DNA of 64,000 nt. It comes from Pocillopora damicornis. Lineage: Eukaryota. The stretch spans positions 62,001 to 126,000 of the forward strand of contig NW_020846227.1 of NCBI RefSeq assembly GCF_003704095.1. The letters run 5' to 3'. The notes below the pieces were generated by a model, which was given only the letters and a program-made list of their open reading frames with translations, did no database searches and had not been told where the DNA came from. The translations under genes and the position numbers were made by a program. Each line of letters starts with the position of its first letter. The stretch's first letter is position 1. Below, in pieces: positions 51,296-64,000 of the stretch.

Positions 51296-53566
51296 ATGGT
51301 CAATGACTTCTTGCTGTTAAGCGTTGTGTTCTCATTTCAAGGCACCCTTTTACTGATTGCTCTTGTCCTAACTTTGTACATCACTTGTTCCTTTTTTGGC
51401 GATGTACGGGTCTCGAATCTGGAGAAGAAAGCCGTGTTTATCACTGGCTGCGATAGTGGATTCGGCTATGAGTTAGCCAAGAAATTAGATGCGGAGAGAT
51501 TACGAGTGTTCGCTGCTTGTCTCACTTCTGAAGGAGAGGCAAAGCTGAAAAATGAATGCTCTCCGGAGCTTATCACACTAAAACTGGACGTTACCAAGCC
51601 AAGGGATATTCAATACGCTTTACAAGCCGTCAAATCACACCTGCCTTCTCAAGGTATTTCATCGATCGAACTGGATTGAATCTTGTTCATTCCTTCAAGG
51701 ATTAGCTAAGTTAACATCGCTGATGAAATTTGGATGAGACTTAACTCATGTATTGTGTGTCTATGTAAGGTGACTGTTTCCATTGTAAATAATTGTTTTC
51801 TTTTAACTGATTCGAGGGTTTTGAAAATCTTTCCATGCTTACTCGTGAAAAACGGAAAAAACACAGACACAAACCAAACAAGCAAAAATCGGTCTTTTGT
51901 TTTTATAAACTGAAATACTACAAGCAACTTTCAGGTGGGGAATGATGTTAAAAACTTTTTAAAGATTTTACTCCTTGTCAGATCACTGGAGCACTTGATC
52001 ATCTGATGACTGTGAACAAGTGGTAAACATTTATCAGTAAATTAGTAAAGGGGTGGGGTAGGTGGGGAGATACAAGTAATCCCTTAAGCGGGCTTTTTGG
52101 TATGTTAGGTGTGTATTGGTGTGATTCCCCACCCCTCTCCCCTTAATTGTCTGGAATGTGAGGTAGATTTTGCTGTCTGGACCTGAGAACAGGTTAGCTT
52201 TACCACAGACTAAGTATAAATTTTATCTGTGAACATTTGTTTGGGATCCAGTGTAAACTAATGTGAGAAGATGGACTAATTTTGTTTTAAAGCTTGGGAA
52301 AGACTTAAAACCATGCTACCCAGCCTCCCCTCCCATATTTACCTCTGGCTAATGTGGAATGGCACATGTTATCTCTTGATTATTGGTGAAATAAGTTCAA
52401 CTAAAAGCGTCATTTTCAAATTCCATTTTTTCTTATTTAAAACATACTTCTGCATTATTCTAGGTTTGTGGGCTATAGTAAACAATGCAGGCATTGGATA
52501 CCCAGGACCCATTGAATGGCAACCTGTGGAGGAAATGAAGAAGACTTTGGAGGTGAACCTGTGGGGAATGGTGAATATTACGAAAGCATTTCTTCCATTA
52601 CTAAAGAGAACCAAGGGGCGTGTTGTTAATGTTGCCAGTTCATCAGGGAGACTCTCTTATCCTTTTGCTGCAGCTTATTGCATCTCCAAGTTTGGAGTGG
52701 AGGCTTTTTCTGATGCACTACGCAATGAAATGAAGCATTTTGGAGTCACTGTTCACATAATTGAGCCAGGGATTTTTAAAACAGCCATAACAGATGCAGA
52801 GAAGAACATCAAATACCTACAAAGATTATGGGAAAACCTTGATGGAGATACCAAAGAATGTTACGGAGGGGAGTTTTATGAACAAGGTATGGGAAAAGTT
52901 TAGCAATCATGTTATTATTATTGAATGCTCAGGGAAAAGCTTGACTGTGATTGGTGAGGCCTTATAGCAATGTAGTAGCATGTTATTGCCTGCTTTGTTG
53001 TTTGCAAGAAAACTGTTTTGTTATTCTGATTGGTCAATTTAGCAGGCTGTATTTTACTGTACTGCCACCTAAACTCGGCTCTAAAACTGAGTGGAAAAGG
53101 CAAGATCCAAAACTTGCAGACCTCAAGCTCAGTAAGAAGTATTTAACCCCTCACCAATCTAAAAAATTATGCAGGACTCAGAATAAATATTAAGTAAAAT
53201 GAAATGAAGTGAAGAATATTAAAATCTTCCATTGTGGAAAAACCTTAATTTTTCAACTATTGGCTCCTTCTTTGGCAGTGAGTTGCTTCTCTTCCAGTAA
53301 TACAACTAATGTGGTTTGATCTTTTTAAATTATCAGCCAAAGCCAAGTTAAGAGACATACGTCATATTTTTTCACTTAACATTTTCAAAGTGGTTGATGC
53401 CATGGATCATGCAGTGACATCCACACATCCTAAACTAAGATATGTTCTTGGGCTGGACCACCAACTCATTTGGAGAACTCTCTCATTTCTACCATCTGAA
53501 ATACAAGATTTCTTCTTTGGACTGATGTTGCCAAAACCAAAGGGAATTGATGGTCGTGGCACTTGA
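51296..53566 (+). CDS. Short-chain dehydrogenase/reductase of the RDH/HSD17B6/BDH1-like group; exons 51296-51653, 52464-52886, 53337-53566
   Basis: TGCDSGFG cofactor motif, GLWAIVNNAG, catalytic YCISK, IEPG, N-terminal hydrophobic anchor. Confidence 0.9.
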
Positions 53567-54889
53567 ATCAACTGCCATTAATGAGTCAAAAATAAATTGT
53601 TTCTAGAAGATCCACTTTGTGAGCAGATTAAGCCATTAACCCTTTTCCTCTCACATCCTCGTTAGTAATTCTCCTCACCATTTCCTATACAGTTTTTATC
53701 ATGCTAGTGTGGAGAATTTGGTATTGGATTAACTTATGGTCCCCTTGATGAAATTTTTCTGTTTGATATTTCATTATTGTAAGGAGAAATTCTATCTTGG
53801 CCACTAGTGGGAGTTAAAGGGTTAACAGATGTAAAATTCTTAACCTCCCTCACCTTAATACCAGTGTGCATGTTTCCCAAACTGTTCCCCAAACATTTCC
53901 CAAGGTGCTGACAAGAGGATGTTTTTAACGATTGATTGGTGATCATTTCCTTTATTCTTGGGACCTTAATGTGTGATTTAGGGATGATATTGTGAGGAGA
54001 AACTAGATATTGGTTACTCTTAGTGGTCTACAGGTTAATGGTCTTCTTGAAACTTGTTAAAGTATCAAAGCTACTTGTTACAAAGTCTGAGGGACAAAAA
54101 GACACAACTCTGGCTAAGTTTTAAGAGAGCATGAATACTAGAGACCAGAGTTTTTGGGGAGAGAAGATTCATAAGATATCTTAGTATAACTGTTAAATAC
54201 TTTACAGAGAGTAATTAACTTTTATGCAGCGTTTGTTCAATATTCAGCATAATGATCCTGAAGTAGTGCTTTTTAAACATAATGTAATAATAGCATTATA
54301 CTGAACGTCATACATAAAAAGTAATTTGAAAAACAAAAACCTTTTCAGTCTCATGGATTGTTTATTTCGTGAGTTGGAGCTCAACAATGTTATAAGTGGA
54401 ACAAACCAACCTCTTACAGTTGTCAAAAAAAAAATTGTTGAATCTCCTTTACAGAAATATTTGATTCTAACAAAAAATGTCAACAAAAATACTCTCTCCC
54501 AAGGGTGTTTTCAAAGTTCATTGAAATGAAAACACAAAACAGGCATATTGCTTCTTTAAATTGCTGTTTTCATTGATTGCCAGCTTACATCAAACTCATT
54601 CTAATCCAACATGCTAACTGATTTACAATTTAATGGACTATGAAGTCATTAGTGTGAGAAACAATTCTTCCATGCACAATGAAAATCCTTAATATTAAAT
54701 TACCCACAAATTTTCATGAAGATCAACCATGAATATATTGAATCAATGTTATCAATATGCATTCCTCATTGGAAACCACAAAAAACACAAACCCAAGTAA
54801 GCTAAACATGGATTTCTAGAAAGCCTTGTTCTACAAAAGCTTAATAATAATAAAAATATTTTGATATCCATCCAAGGAAGGAGAGATAT

Positions 54890-57800
54890 TTAAATAGCAT
54901 CAATGTCTAGGTCATCATCATCCTCTTCGACTACTTTATTGTCAGCCTGAGCTTTCAGTTGCTGAGCCTTGTTGTCATAGACAACTTCAATCTCTTCCTC
55001 TTCTTCCTCTTCTTCACTAGAATCCTCTTCTTCTGCCTCTTTTAGCCACTTAATGAAAGGAGCCACCTTCTCATGGATCTGAGAGCACACCTCCTTACTC
55101 ACATACTTCTTAGAAACCTGAAAAGAAAACAAAACCCCTATTAGGGTTGGCTTTGAATGCCCCTTAATTTAAATTTTCAGGAAAAAATGCAAAATTTGAA
55201 AACCATACATAGCAGTTTTTCAGTAGTATGTGTCTACACCTATCGGAAAATTAAAGGCTTCAAATGGAATGATATAATTATGTATCCTGAAGAGAGTAAT
55301 GATCTGTGCTCATTTACCTTCTCACCCCACTGCAAGATAACTTCTTCCTCCAAAAGATCTGCATCATAAAGTGCTTTTAGAATGCGAACAGCCTTTGGCA
55401 TCAGGTCTGCAGGAAATGACCGTCCAACAAGCAGTTCAAATGCACCCAGCATATACTTCTGGGCCTTGTGGTTTCCATGTAGAAACTACATTAAAAAAAA
55501 ATGATTGGTGAAAAAGCAAGCCATGTCATTTACACTGAAAAAGGCAAACCCTTTCAGTAAAACATCTCAAAGGGAGTCAAACACTTGAAGATATGACCAT
55601 TAAAGTGACAAAAAGGGTGATGAAAAATGAGAAGCAGAAATGGGTTGATTTGAATTCCAAATTCTAAACGAAACCTCACAAAGAAATCTTCAGAGCATTA
55701 TAACAATTTAAAACAAAAGAGCTCACCCTCAGAAACAGGTTACGAAATTTAGGGATTTCCTCAAGCATGTTCTTATCAAACAGAACTTCACTGAGAGCTA
55801 GTACTCCCTTGTCCTTAATATCTAGCCTGTCTGCTTCTGCAACAATCTCTCCAATAACACTTTTGTCTATGTTAGTTTCCTTCCTTTTCTGAAAAACAAA
55901 AAGTAAATGGAGTGGCATAGATGAGCTGATCTTGCCTATTACCCTAGCAGAGAGCTGTAACACAGTATAAATTGATTTAACAACACTGATATACCAAAAC
56001 AATTATTAGTGAAATAACTTCAACACAAATTTGTCATTCTACAGGACACAAGAGTGAGCAGAAATGTTTGTGAGCAGAACATTAACTGAAAAACATCTTG
56101 AAACTTTTCGCATGGGAATTCCTTACTATTCATTATTATGTATGGTACCTTGACAAAGTTGTAGAAGATATTAAAGCGCTCCTCCTGAGGCTTTTCAGTA
56201 TCATTGGTCAATGCCAAACCTTTCACTCCCGATGTTAGAGTACCCATTCGTTCTTGAACAGCAGCATCACTTGTGTCAACACTCCAATCATCATCAGCTG
56301 CTGCAGCAGCCTATTAACACACATACAACACAAACAAACAGTAGGAATGTTAAAAATGAGGGAGAAACTAGCACAAACAGTGCATTGGTATGGTTGAGAC
56401 AAAGAGTTGCCTCTAAAATTATATGTTGACAGTTTCATCCAATTAACTATTTACATCAAATTTTGAAAATAAAGTGCATAATGTGAAGGCACATACATTT
56501 TTAAAGTCAGGGTTTTCAATTCCATTTTCTCCTGGCTGCATGGGATTATGCGTTGGACTAGTTTCACCATTTTGTTGCCCTTTCTGCTTGTCTTTGCGGC
56601 CTCCTTTTTTCTCTCTAAGATGAGAAAAGAACAAAAAGCCTGTCTGTTAAAGCTGAGTCACACTTAGAAGATTGACAGAGCTTAAATTTTCACCTAAACA
56701 CAGCTAGCTTCAAAAAAAAATTTCTGCCAGGAAAAACAAAAGAAAAATAAACAGGAACAAAAAGATAAGAAACAAAAGACAGTCTATGCTGCTTTCTCAA
56801 ATCAAACACTACAACGCACACACTTCTGTAATGACAGCAGTCTTTTGCAGAAGTTTGTGCAACATCTCAAAACCACCCAAGAAGAAAGACCAAAAAAGAA
56901 AGGGAAAAGAAAAAATATTGTCAATTTGGCTACAAGTAGGGTGATCCAACAACTCCTAGATGGAAAGGTAAATTCTCCTCACTGATATCCATAGCTAACC
57001 CAACGAATGATAATTTTCTTAAAAAATTTAAATCTCTCCCTAGTTGAAAATGAGTAACAATTATATGGATACTCTACTTACCAATCAATAGTCAAAAGGT
57101 TAAAAGTTTTTTCAAGGGTATGCTCTGTTCAGGTGCATTAAAGGATCTGATTTTCCAATTCCTAACCCCAATAAGTACCTAGATTACATATACCTGCAGG
57201 CACAATGTGCAAAACCACTGGTAGTCTACCACTTACTTTTTTGATGGTGTTCCTGATTCATTTGGAGGATTCTTACAAATGAAGGTAATCAGCCGGTGCT
57301 GCATGTGGATGTAACCATTGTATCCACAAGCTTTGCATTTCTGACCGATCCTCTCTTTACGAGCTTCAACCAACTAATATTCAGAAAACAAATGAAGAAA
57401 ATCAAATCTTACTTAACCCCTCTTCTAACTTCAACCAGTTTCTACCTTAACAGTAGCTGGACTGAGAAAGGCAAGAGAAACACATGTACAGTATGTCAGT
57501 GTATGTAGTTTTCCGCATCAAAATCCATTAATACATCACCTAAGAGGTCTCCGTTCTGGTTTGTTCTTAATGGGTAATGCATTGAAGTTGAATGGTTCAG
57601 GACAATTTCTGAAGCAAGATTGCAAATCTTTCAGCATGCCTCTGGCTAACCAAGTTTGAGGTTCATATTGTAAGTTACAGAACAAGGTTTCTTTTGAACA
57701 AGTTTATTTCTGACTTATGGCCCAAGTGAAAAATCCTTGAAATTGTTAACGACAAGCTTATCTATTCAATGAACTGTCACCACTAGCCTATCTTAAGTAC

Positions 57801-59363
57801 CAATGTATTACCAGGAATTAAAGAACAACTCAGCAATCAGCTTACCAGGTCAGTCTCTGGGTTATCACAATCAGGGCATAAAACAAACTTCTCAATAAAC
57901 CCATCAAGAATGTCCTGCAACTTCTCTGCATCATGGGATCCATTTACAATGTAACGCTCATTCTTCAAGTCTATCTGGGTTTGTGCACCCAATTCACAAC
58001 CAAAGTACTTAGTAGGATCTAAAAGGGGACAATTTTTGTATTACAACTTTATCATGTGGCAAGGAGATAGATATCACAAAATCTATGTGTGGTGGATACT
58101 TGGTAATATGCACTTTAATTTCTTTAAAAAATTAGCTTTCTTTTTGCATGCTGACCAATTAATAGCTAAGGGCTAGTACCTGATACAAGGTAAGTTCCTG
58201 TATGACATTTTAAAAGTGCTCTAAACTGAGAAAGAAATTTTTGTTAAAGGTGAGGTGTACCGCTAAATCCATCCCGAGTCTAATTACTTAACACTAAATA
58301 CACATCATAAACTATGTAACTGGTTTTATTTAAAACACCTAATTTAGGAATCTAAAAGAACTCATTTTGCAGCAAAAAAACTTCCTTACATGAGGCTGGT
58401 CTCTGCAAGGCTTTGGCAATTTCTACCATATTCACAATGACTGTTTTGATTCCATTTCCTTTTCCCTCCACCTGAAAATATTTGTGAAGCTGTAAACTCA
58501 GTATCTTATCAGCTTTAGCTTTTGAACTGCGATGATAATAGCAACAAATGACAACCCTCTGCTTATCCATAAATGAACACAATGTTATACTAGCAGGTTT
58601 TTCCCTAAGAGCAGCCCTCCAAGCTGCAAGGAAAATAAAACAAAACAAGGGTAGGGAAAAAAATTAGTGCCGATTTAACAAACTGTCTGTGGCAGTTATG
58701 ATGCCAGCCATCATTTTTGTATTACCTAGTGTTTAAGGTCTAAAATTAAAAAAAAACCAACACATTTTTTTCTTAAAAAAAAAAAGGACAATTTCTTTGC
58801 CTTTGCTTTCTGTGAAGAACAACTGCTTCTTTCTATGTGGTTGTTTGAGTAATAACCTTTAGGATTTCTCATGAATCCCCGAAAAACAATTGCCAAATGT
58901 TCACATTGCTTATTTCATGCACAAGAGATTCAGTCAACAACACAGTTCATAATTTAATATTTGCAAGAATTTTCCTTCCCCTTCTTTTTATTTCTAGTCA
59001 TCAACATTTCTAGGAGCTTGGAACCCAAGGAAGAGTTCCCTCGGAGAAGTTTTCTGTGGTATTATGGGTAGAAAACTCAACGATTTTTGCTTGAAAAATT
59101 TCATTGTTACTCTGGCTTCTCATATGAATAACGAAATTTAATTTTCTAACATTCTAAATAATTGATTCTTCAATAAATAAATAAAATTTCACGAGAAGTG
59201 CCCATGAAAAGTTATCCTTGCTAGTATTTAAGAAGCTTTAGAAACATGCATGAAAAAGTTCCTTTACCTTTGTTCAATAAAATCTTACCTTAGCTAGGAG
59301 TTTTGGCATCTTATACCGGTAATACATATCGGTGTTTTTTCTGTTGACGTTGACGAGAGCCAT
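54890..59363 (-). CDS. EIF5: Eukaryotic translation initiation factor 5; coding exons 59363-59289, 58471-58390, 58018-57846, 57373-57237, 56614-56497, 56310-56149, 55888-55727, 55485-55318, 55117-54890
   Basis: [39 protein letters not shown], zinc ribbon CPDCDNPET...CKACG, W2 domain [15 protein letters not shown] and [13 protein letters not shown]-terminal DLDIDAI. Confidence 0.96.
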
Positions 59364-61375
59364 GATTGACTACTTTTAATAAGTTTCCTCTTTGACAAAC
59401 GCTTGTAATAATTGCAATTACTGCAATAATTATTTCTGCTGTGTATAATTTTCCCTGTAAAATTCATACAAGTTCTATATCTTTTCCGTACTGCGAAGCA
59501 AGGTAGGCGTTTTAGCCCGCTTTTAGTTTCTGTGTGTAAATGAATCTTGAGTTTGCTCAACCGAGTCCAACCTACAAAAGATAATAATATAGTAAAAAAA
59601 AAAAAAAAGGATGATCAATCATTCATACCATTCAATCAGAAGTGGATACCATCAGGTGTTAGGATTTCTATTTACTTTCAATAGATTCATGAATAGGATC
59701 TCAATGCTGAATCAGTGTTGAAGTGTGAGGCTTGTACTTGTAGCCAAATAAATCCATCATGGATATAATTAGGGTTAAATAATATGGTATATTTTTAAAC
59801 TCATTTTCCACCTCTTGATCATTGTTAACTTACTTGTTTGTTGTATCCTATATTAACAATAGAGACTTACTATTATTGTTATCATTATTCACCATTGCTA
59901 TGTTCATGTAAATGCACCAAAACAAATAGAGAAGGTAAAGACATTTTTTTAAAGTACACAACTCAACTCTAAATGAGATAAAACCCCTTTCAATCATGCC
60001 ACTTGAAGTGCTGGATAGTCGAGGAAATGTAAAAAACCAAGTATGGTATCTGATTTCTTGTCCACATGTGCTTCAATAACAGATGAGAAGTCACATGCAG
60101 AAACTTTATCCCTTCTAGATGCATGGGAACAAAGTTCGTTTTAACATTCACCTATGAATTTAAGACTTGATGCTTACCAAATGTAACAATAATAGTTACT
60201 TTTTTTCAGTTAACCCTTCTCTCCAAGATCCTATTAATAACTCTCTATAATATCTGCTTAACAATTCTTATGATGTTCATTTTATGAATTGGTTTGCATC
60301 AACTAATAATCTGCTAATTGACATTTTTCTTCAATCTTATCACTTCTCTGCATCTGCATGATACTGTATTGAAAATGTAAGGAAAATTCTGTCTTGGTCA
60401 CTGGTGGGAGTTTAAGGGTTAACTAAGACAGGAGTACATTCTTCTGATGGGTCATATTGTTTGGACTTTTCTCATTTGAAAGAATGAAATATTTTTGGGA
60501 AACGAAGCCAAGACATTTTCAATATCCCTGGACACCCATGTTGTCAGTCCTGGACAGTATAAAGAGACTAGACTCACTAATTTGGATTTAAACCCTCTTA
60601 AAAAATTCCACATTGGAAACATTTTACTCTAAAAAAATTCACTTAGAATAATGAAGAAGTTCGTGTGTTCAATTCAAGTCTGTTGAGGCTTTCCTTATTT
60701 TTCACATTTTTTTTTCAGTGTTTAAGTATTGATGGATATTTGAACAAACGTGTGTATGTGCTGATTCAAAACATTTTCATTGTTTTGTTTCTCTATTGTG
60801 CAAGCTGAAATAATCAAAATTTTAAATTTGGATGGTAAGTTGTGCTAATTTCCTCGGCAATTCTTTTTGGAAGTAAATTCTGCTTAAGTATTCAAAAACC
60901 TATGCTTGAAATTTGAGGCAAGAACTGTTATTAACGACTAAAAATAATATTGACAACATATTTCTCGTTCAGAGACCCAGTTATTTGGACAATATAGCGG
61001 TAAGGTTTCGGTTTTGGATCTTCCACGTTTTCTAACAGCCCGAGGGCGACGTGTCCAAGGACAAATTTATTTTTAAACTAAATGTTTCGCGATAAAATAT
61101 GTTTTAAAACTCAGAGATGCATAAAAAAAGGAAAAAACTTGCTCGGTCAAAAACTTCGTAAAATTTTGTCTTACAAGAACTTTACCACACACGAGAGTGG
61201 AAGGCAGAGCGATCGATAACACAAAGACAGCAACTAATGAAGAGGAATTCACACACAAACAGATGACGACATTCGACAGGTAAAATAAAAAAAGTAAATC
61301 ACTACTCCGAGAGATTAATTCGTCAAATTATGAGTCACCGGTTGTTGTCTTACCTTCTGAGCACAAAAAAGTCAT
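59294..61375 (-). promoter_or_regulatory. Spliced uORF overlapping the EIF5 start (61375-61354 joined to 59571-59294; 99 codons + stop) with two in-frame poor-context AUGs
   Basis: uAUG1 TTT-ATG-A at 61375; uAUG2 TGT-ATG-A at 59467; donor GAAG|GTAAGA and acceptor TTTTGTAG|G keep the frame open; the stop lies downstream of the main AUG (ATC-ATG-G, strong context). Confidence 0.75.
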
Positions 61376-61589
61376 AAATTGCCCTAAGATGACGAAATCG
61401 TCGAAATCTCCTTGCACAACAGTGGCGCGCGAAACACGCACTTAACAGCCCAAAATTGAGGGAAATACCTAAATATCAAGACAAAATAATTGTTATAAAT
61501 ATGAAGCTTTCAGGAAATCACGAGAAATTTTTTTTCCGCATCGTAACAGGCTTAAAATTCGAGAAAAATCCAAGTGAATGTCTACTCAC

Positions 61590-61660
61590 ACTTCCTCAGT
61601 AAAGATGGCGAATTAGAGTAAAATTTTTCGATCACGTGACTTCTTATGACGTCAAAAGTA
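61590..61660. promoter_or_regulatory. Putative bidirectional promoter for EIF5 and MEN1
   Basis: YY1-like AAGATGGCG (~61602-61610), E-box ATCACGTGAC (61631-61640), palindromic CRE TGACGTCA (61647-61654); putative EIF5 non-coding exon 1 donor at 61590/61589 (AAGT|GTGAGT). Confidence 0.55.
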
Positions 61661-61956
61661 TTCACCAGTTCCTTTCTGCTTAGGAGTTTCATTTTTTTGG
61701 TTCCATTCATTCAAATCTCTCTTTTTCACTTGTTCTGATATGTTTGTTTATTCTTCGATGGTGGTTTGCGTTTATGATCATGCACTTTTAGGATTGAGTG
61801 ATGTACTTTGTCAAAGGCTAGAATCGAAATTCCAGCTATTATTTAGCTAAAGAAACAGATCTAATAGCGAAACTGCAGTGAATTCTATTTTTTTTAGGTC
61901 CTACGTGAAGGAGTAATCTCGAATGCTGTGATCTGAAGTCTTGATTTTGCGTCGAA

Positions 61957-63956
61957 ATGGAATCGGACGTAGATTGTTTTCCTTTGAAAGACGTCTCATC
62001 CGTGGTCGAGGTTTTCAAGACGGAACTTGGGAAAGACGAGCCGAACCTGGCGAAGTTATCGATCATTTTAGGGTTCTTTGAAACGGCCCTAACTTGCAAA
62101 GGTTCCTCGAGTAGCTGCCCAGGATTAGACAAAGAAACTTTCGACGCGTTGTACGGTAAATTTCAGGCCTTGATTCACAAAGATTTTAACGTTAACAAAG
62201 AACAGAAGCCAGCTTCAAGGGACTTCGTCGTCAATGTCGCAGATCTTGTGTGGAGTTGCCTTTCCAAGTCTTATTTCAAGGATAAACCGCATATTCAGAA
62301 TCTCTACAGCTTTCTAACAGGCAAGTATGATTAGCGTGTATCAGTGTTCATTTACTCGTAGGCTGTGATTACATTAATCCTTTTAGACCAAGGTGGCAGG
62401 TGAGGTTTATCATTCGAAGCCCTGCGTCTTTGCAATTTCGAGATGGTCTTCATTTTTCCACCTTATTAATGATCGATCGAATTTTAATTCGTTTTAATTG
62501 TTTGCATTCATATACTGTAAAATTATGCCTGAGAGCAAATTCCATCTAACCTCGCCAGACCATGCCAATCTGTGTCTGTAAATAAAAAGAGCGCTTCTAA
62601 TTAACTATTTCGTGTTTGAAAGGTATATAGGGAAAAATTGTCACTTCTTGGTTCGCTTTTTTTAAATATCTTTGTTTTTATGTCTTTGTTTTTTTTTTGG
62701 CTTAAGTGAAAGCTATCATGTTCTTACAATTTTAAGTGAGTTACTACACTGTGATGTTTAGTTGTTTTTTTTGTGACGCAGATTTTTGAATCAAAATAGA
62801 TCTCATCATTAATTGTGTTATTCTGTTTGCTAACCAACAAGGAAAGTTATGTTACATTTCTAGTGCATCCTATGGTGAGTAGGAAAGAGACACAAAAATT
62901 ATTGAAACAACAAGAATGATTTTCAAAAATAGTCTCAAGACTGAATCAGTTTGTGTTCAGCAGGCATATTTCTTAAGGAAGGTGTTAATGAGGAAAAGTG
63001 TGAATATTTTCAAAATAATTTCAACTGTCTTATATTCCTTTTGGTAAATGTGTACATCTTAAGCCTTTATTCAACCTTTTGGTTTGCTACTTTTTTTTCT
63101 CTTGGGGTGGGGCGGGTGTGTCATGGTAATGGAATTACTGAGGCATTTCAATTAACCATTTACACTCCACAGGTGACCAGCATCTCATTTCTCCTTACAG
63201 TATCACTTCTAAATCAAACATAAAGGTCATGAGAATAAAGGAAATGATTGCCAATCAACGAAGCTTGTTTGACAAATTCTCCTTACCAGCTCTATTATTA
63301 ATTTTCCCCTCTAGTTGCTACACATTTCCTTGTAAATTGGTCATGAGAATTTGGTGTTTGATCAAGGTAATATCTTGTATTTGATAAGTTTGAGTATTCT
63401 CACTACCTGTTTGCTGGATTATGTATGGATATTATAGGGAGAAGTTACATATTTATCACTTCTGGGAGTTAAGGGTTAATCTTTTTTTTTTATGTCCTTT
63501 ATCTTTAATCACAGTTTGTAACCATACATCGAACCAAAATACAAAAATGGTTGACAGGACGGTAGTAGGGGGAAACTAAATTCCCATGCTAAGACATACC
63601 TTCATTAATGTGTAGGCAATCGGCTTGACTGCTTTGGTGTTGCCTTTGCTGTGGTTGCCATTTGTCAAGCTCTGGGCTTCAATGATGTTCACTTAGCTCT
63701 GTCTGAAGACCATGCTTGGGTGGTGTTTGGTGAAAATGCCGCAGAAACAGCAGAGGTAACATGGCATGGTAAGGGAAATGAGGATAAGAGAGGGCGCCCT
63801 GTGGACTTTGACAAGACCACTGGCCAGAGCTGGCTATATCTGAATGGGTATCCTGTGAAGTGCACGCGGCATATGGAGGTGGCATCTATGGTGTCGTCCA
63901 TTAATCCAGGCATCACAAATACAAGTGACAGTATTGAACTGGCTAGTCTACAACAG
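61957..63956 (+). CDS. MEN1: Menin, 5' part; exons 61957-62320 and 63616-63956, continues beyond the window
   Basis: FPLKDV...[90 protein letters not shown]; the first coding intron uses a GC donor. Confidence 0.95.
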
Positions 63957-64000
63957 GTATGGGCATAAATTTTTTATGCCTTTGAATTTTCAGAGATTTT

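Noticed and set aside
59648-59763. Possible intronic C/D box snoRNA in EIF5 (minus strand ATGATGG...CTGA...CTGA-TGG)
   Set aside because: Imperfect box C, non-standard terminal stem, and no convincing rRNA/snRNA guide match by eye; snoScan or small-RNA data would be needed.

Overview
AT-rich, intron-containing animal genomic DNA with five assembly gaps. It is probably from a stony coral or other anthozoan; this is inferred from the repeat families and gene style, not proven. In order, the window contains: a tandem LCLAT1 (lysocardiolipin acyltransferase) cluster on the minus strand, with three first-exon + 10-nt-microexon cassettes but only two sets of catalytic exons; the 3' end of a ZP-domain membrane protein gene; a complete 13-exon CLPTM1; two intronless class A GPCRs; a two-exon C11orf68/BLES03 homolog whose 3.5-kb intron holds a decayed Kolobok-type transposon (DDE transposase plus KolX/P2X7-ballast-like remnant) and other nested repeats; an SDR (RDH/HSD17B6-like) gene; a complete EIF5; and the 5' part of MEN1, head-to-head with EIF5. 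The main findings are (1) a spliced uORF with two poor-context AUGs overlapping the EIF5 start, matching the known eIF5 autoregulation architecture; (2) the LCLAT1 variable-first-cassette and microexon arrangement; (3) hammerhead ribozyme motifs in Penelope-like fragments; (4) a tRNA-Thr(GGU)-like cloverleaf inside a direct-repeat element; and (5) human orthologs of these genes mapping to the 2p/11q13/14q/19q13 paralogon. All exon boundaries were read by eye from splice signals and reading-frame continuity.
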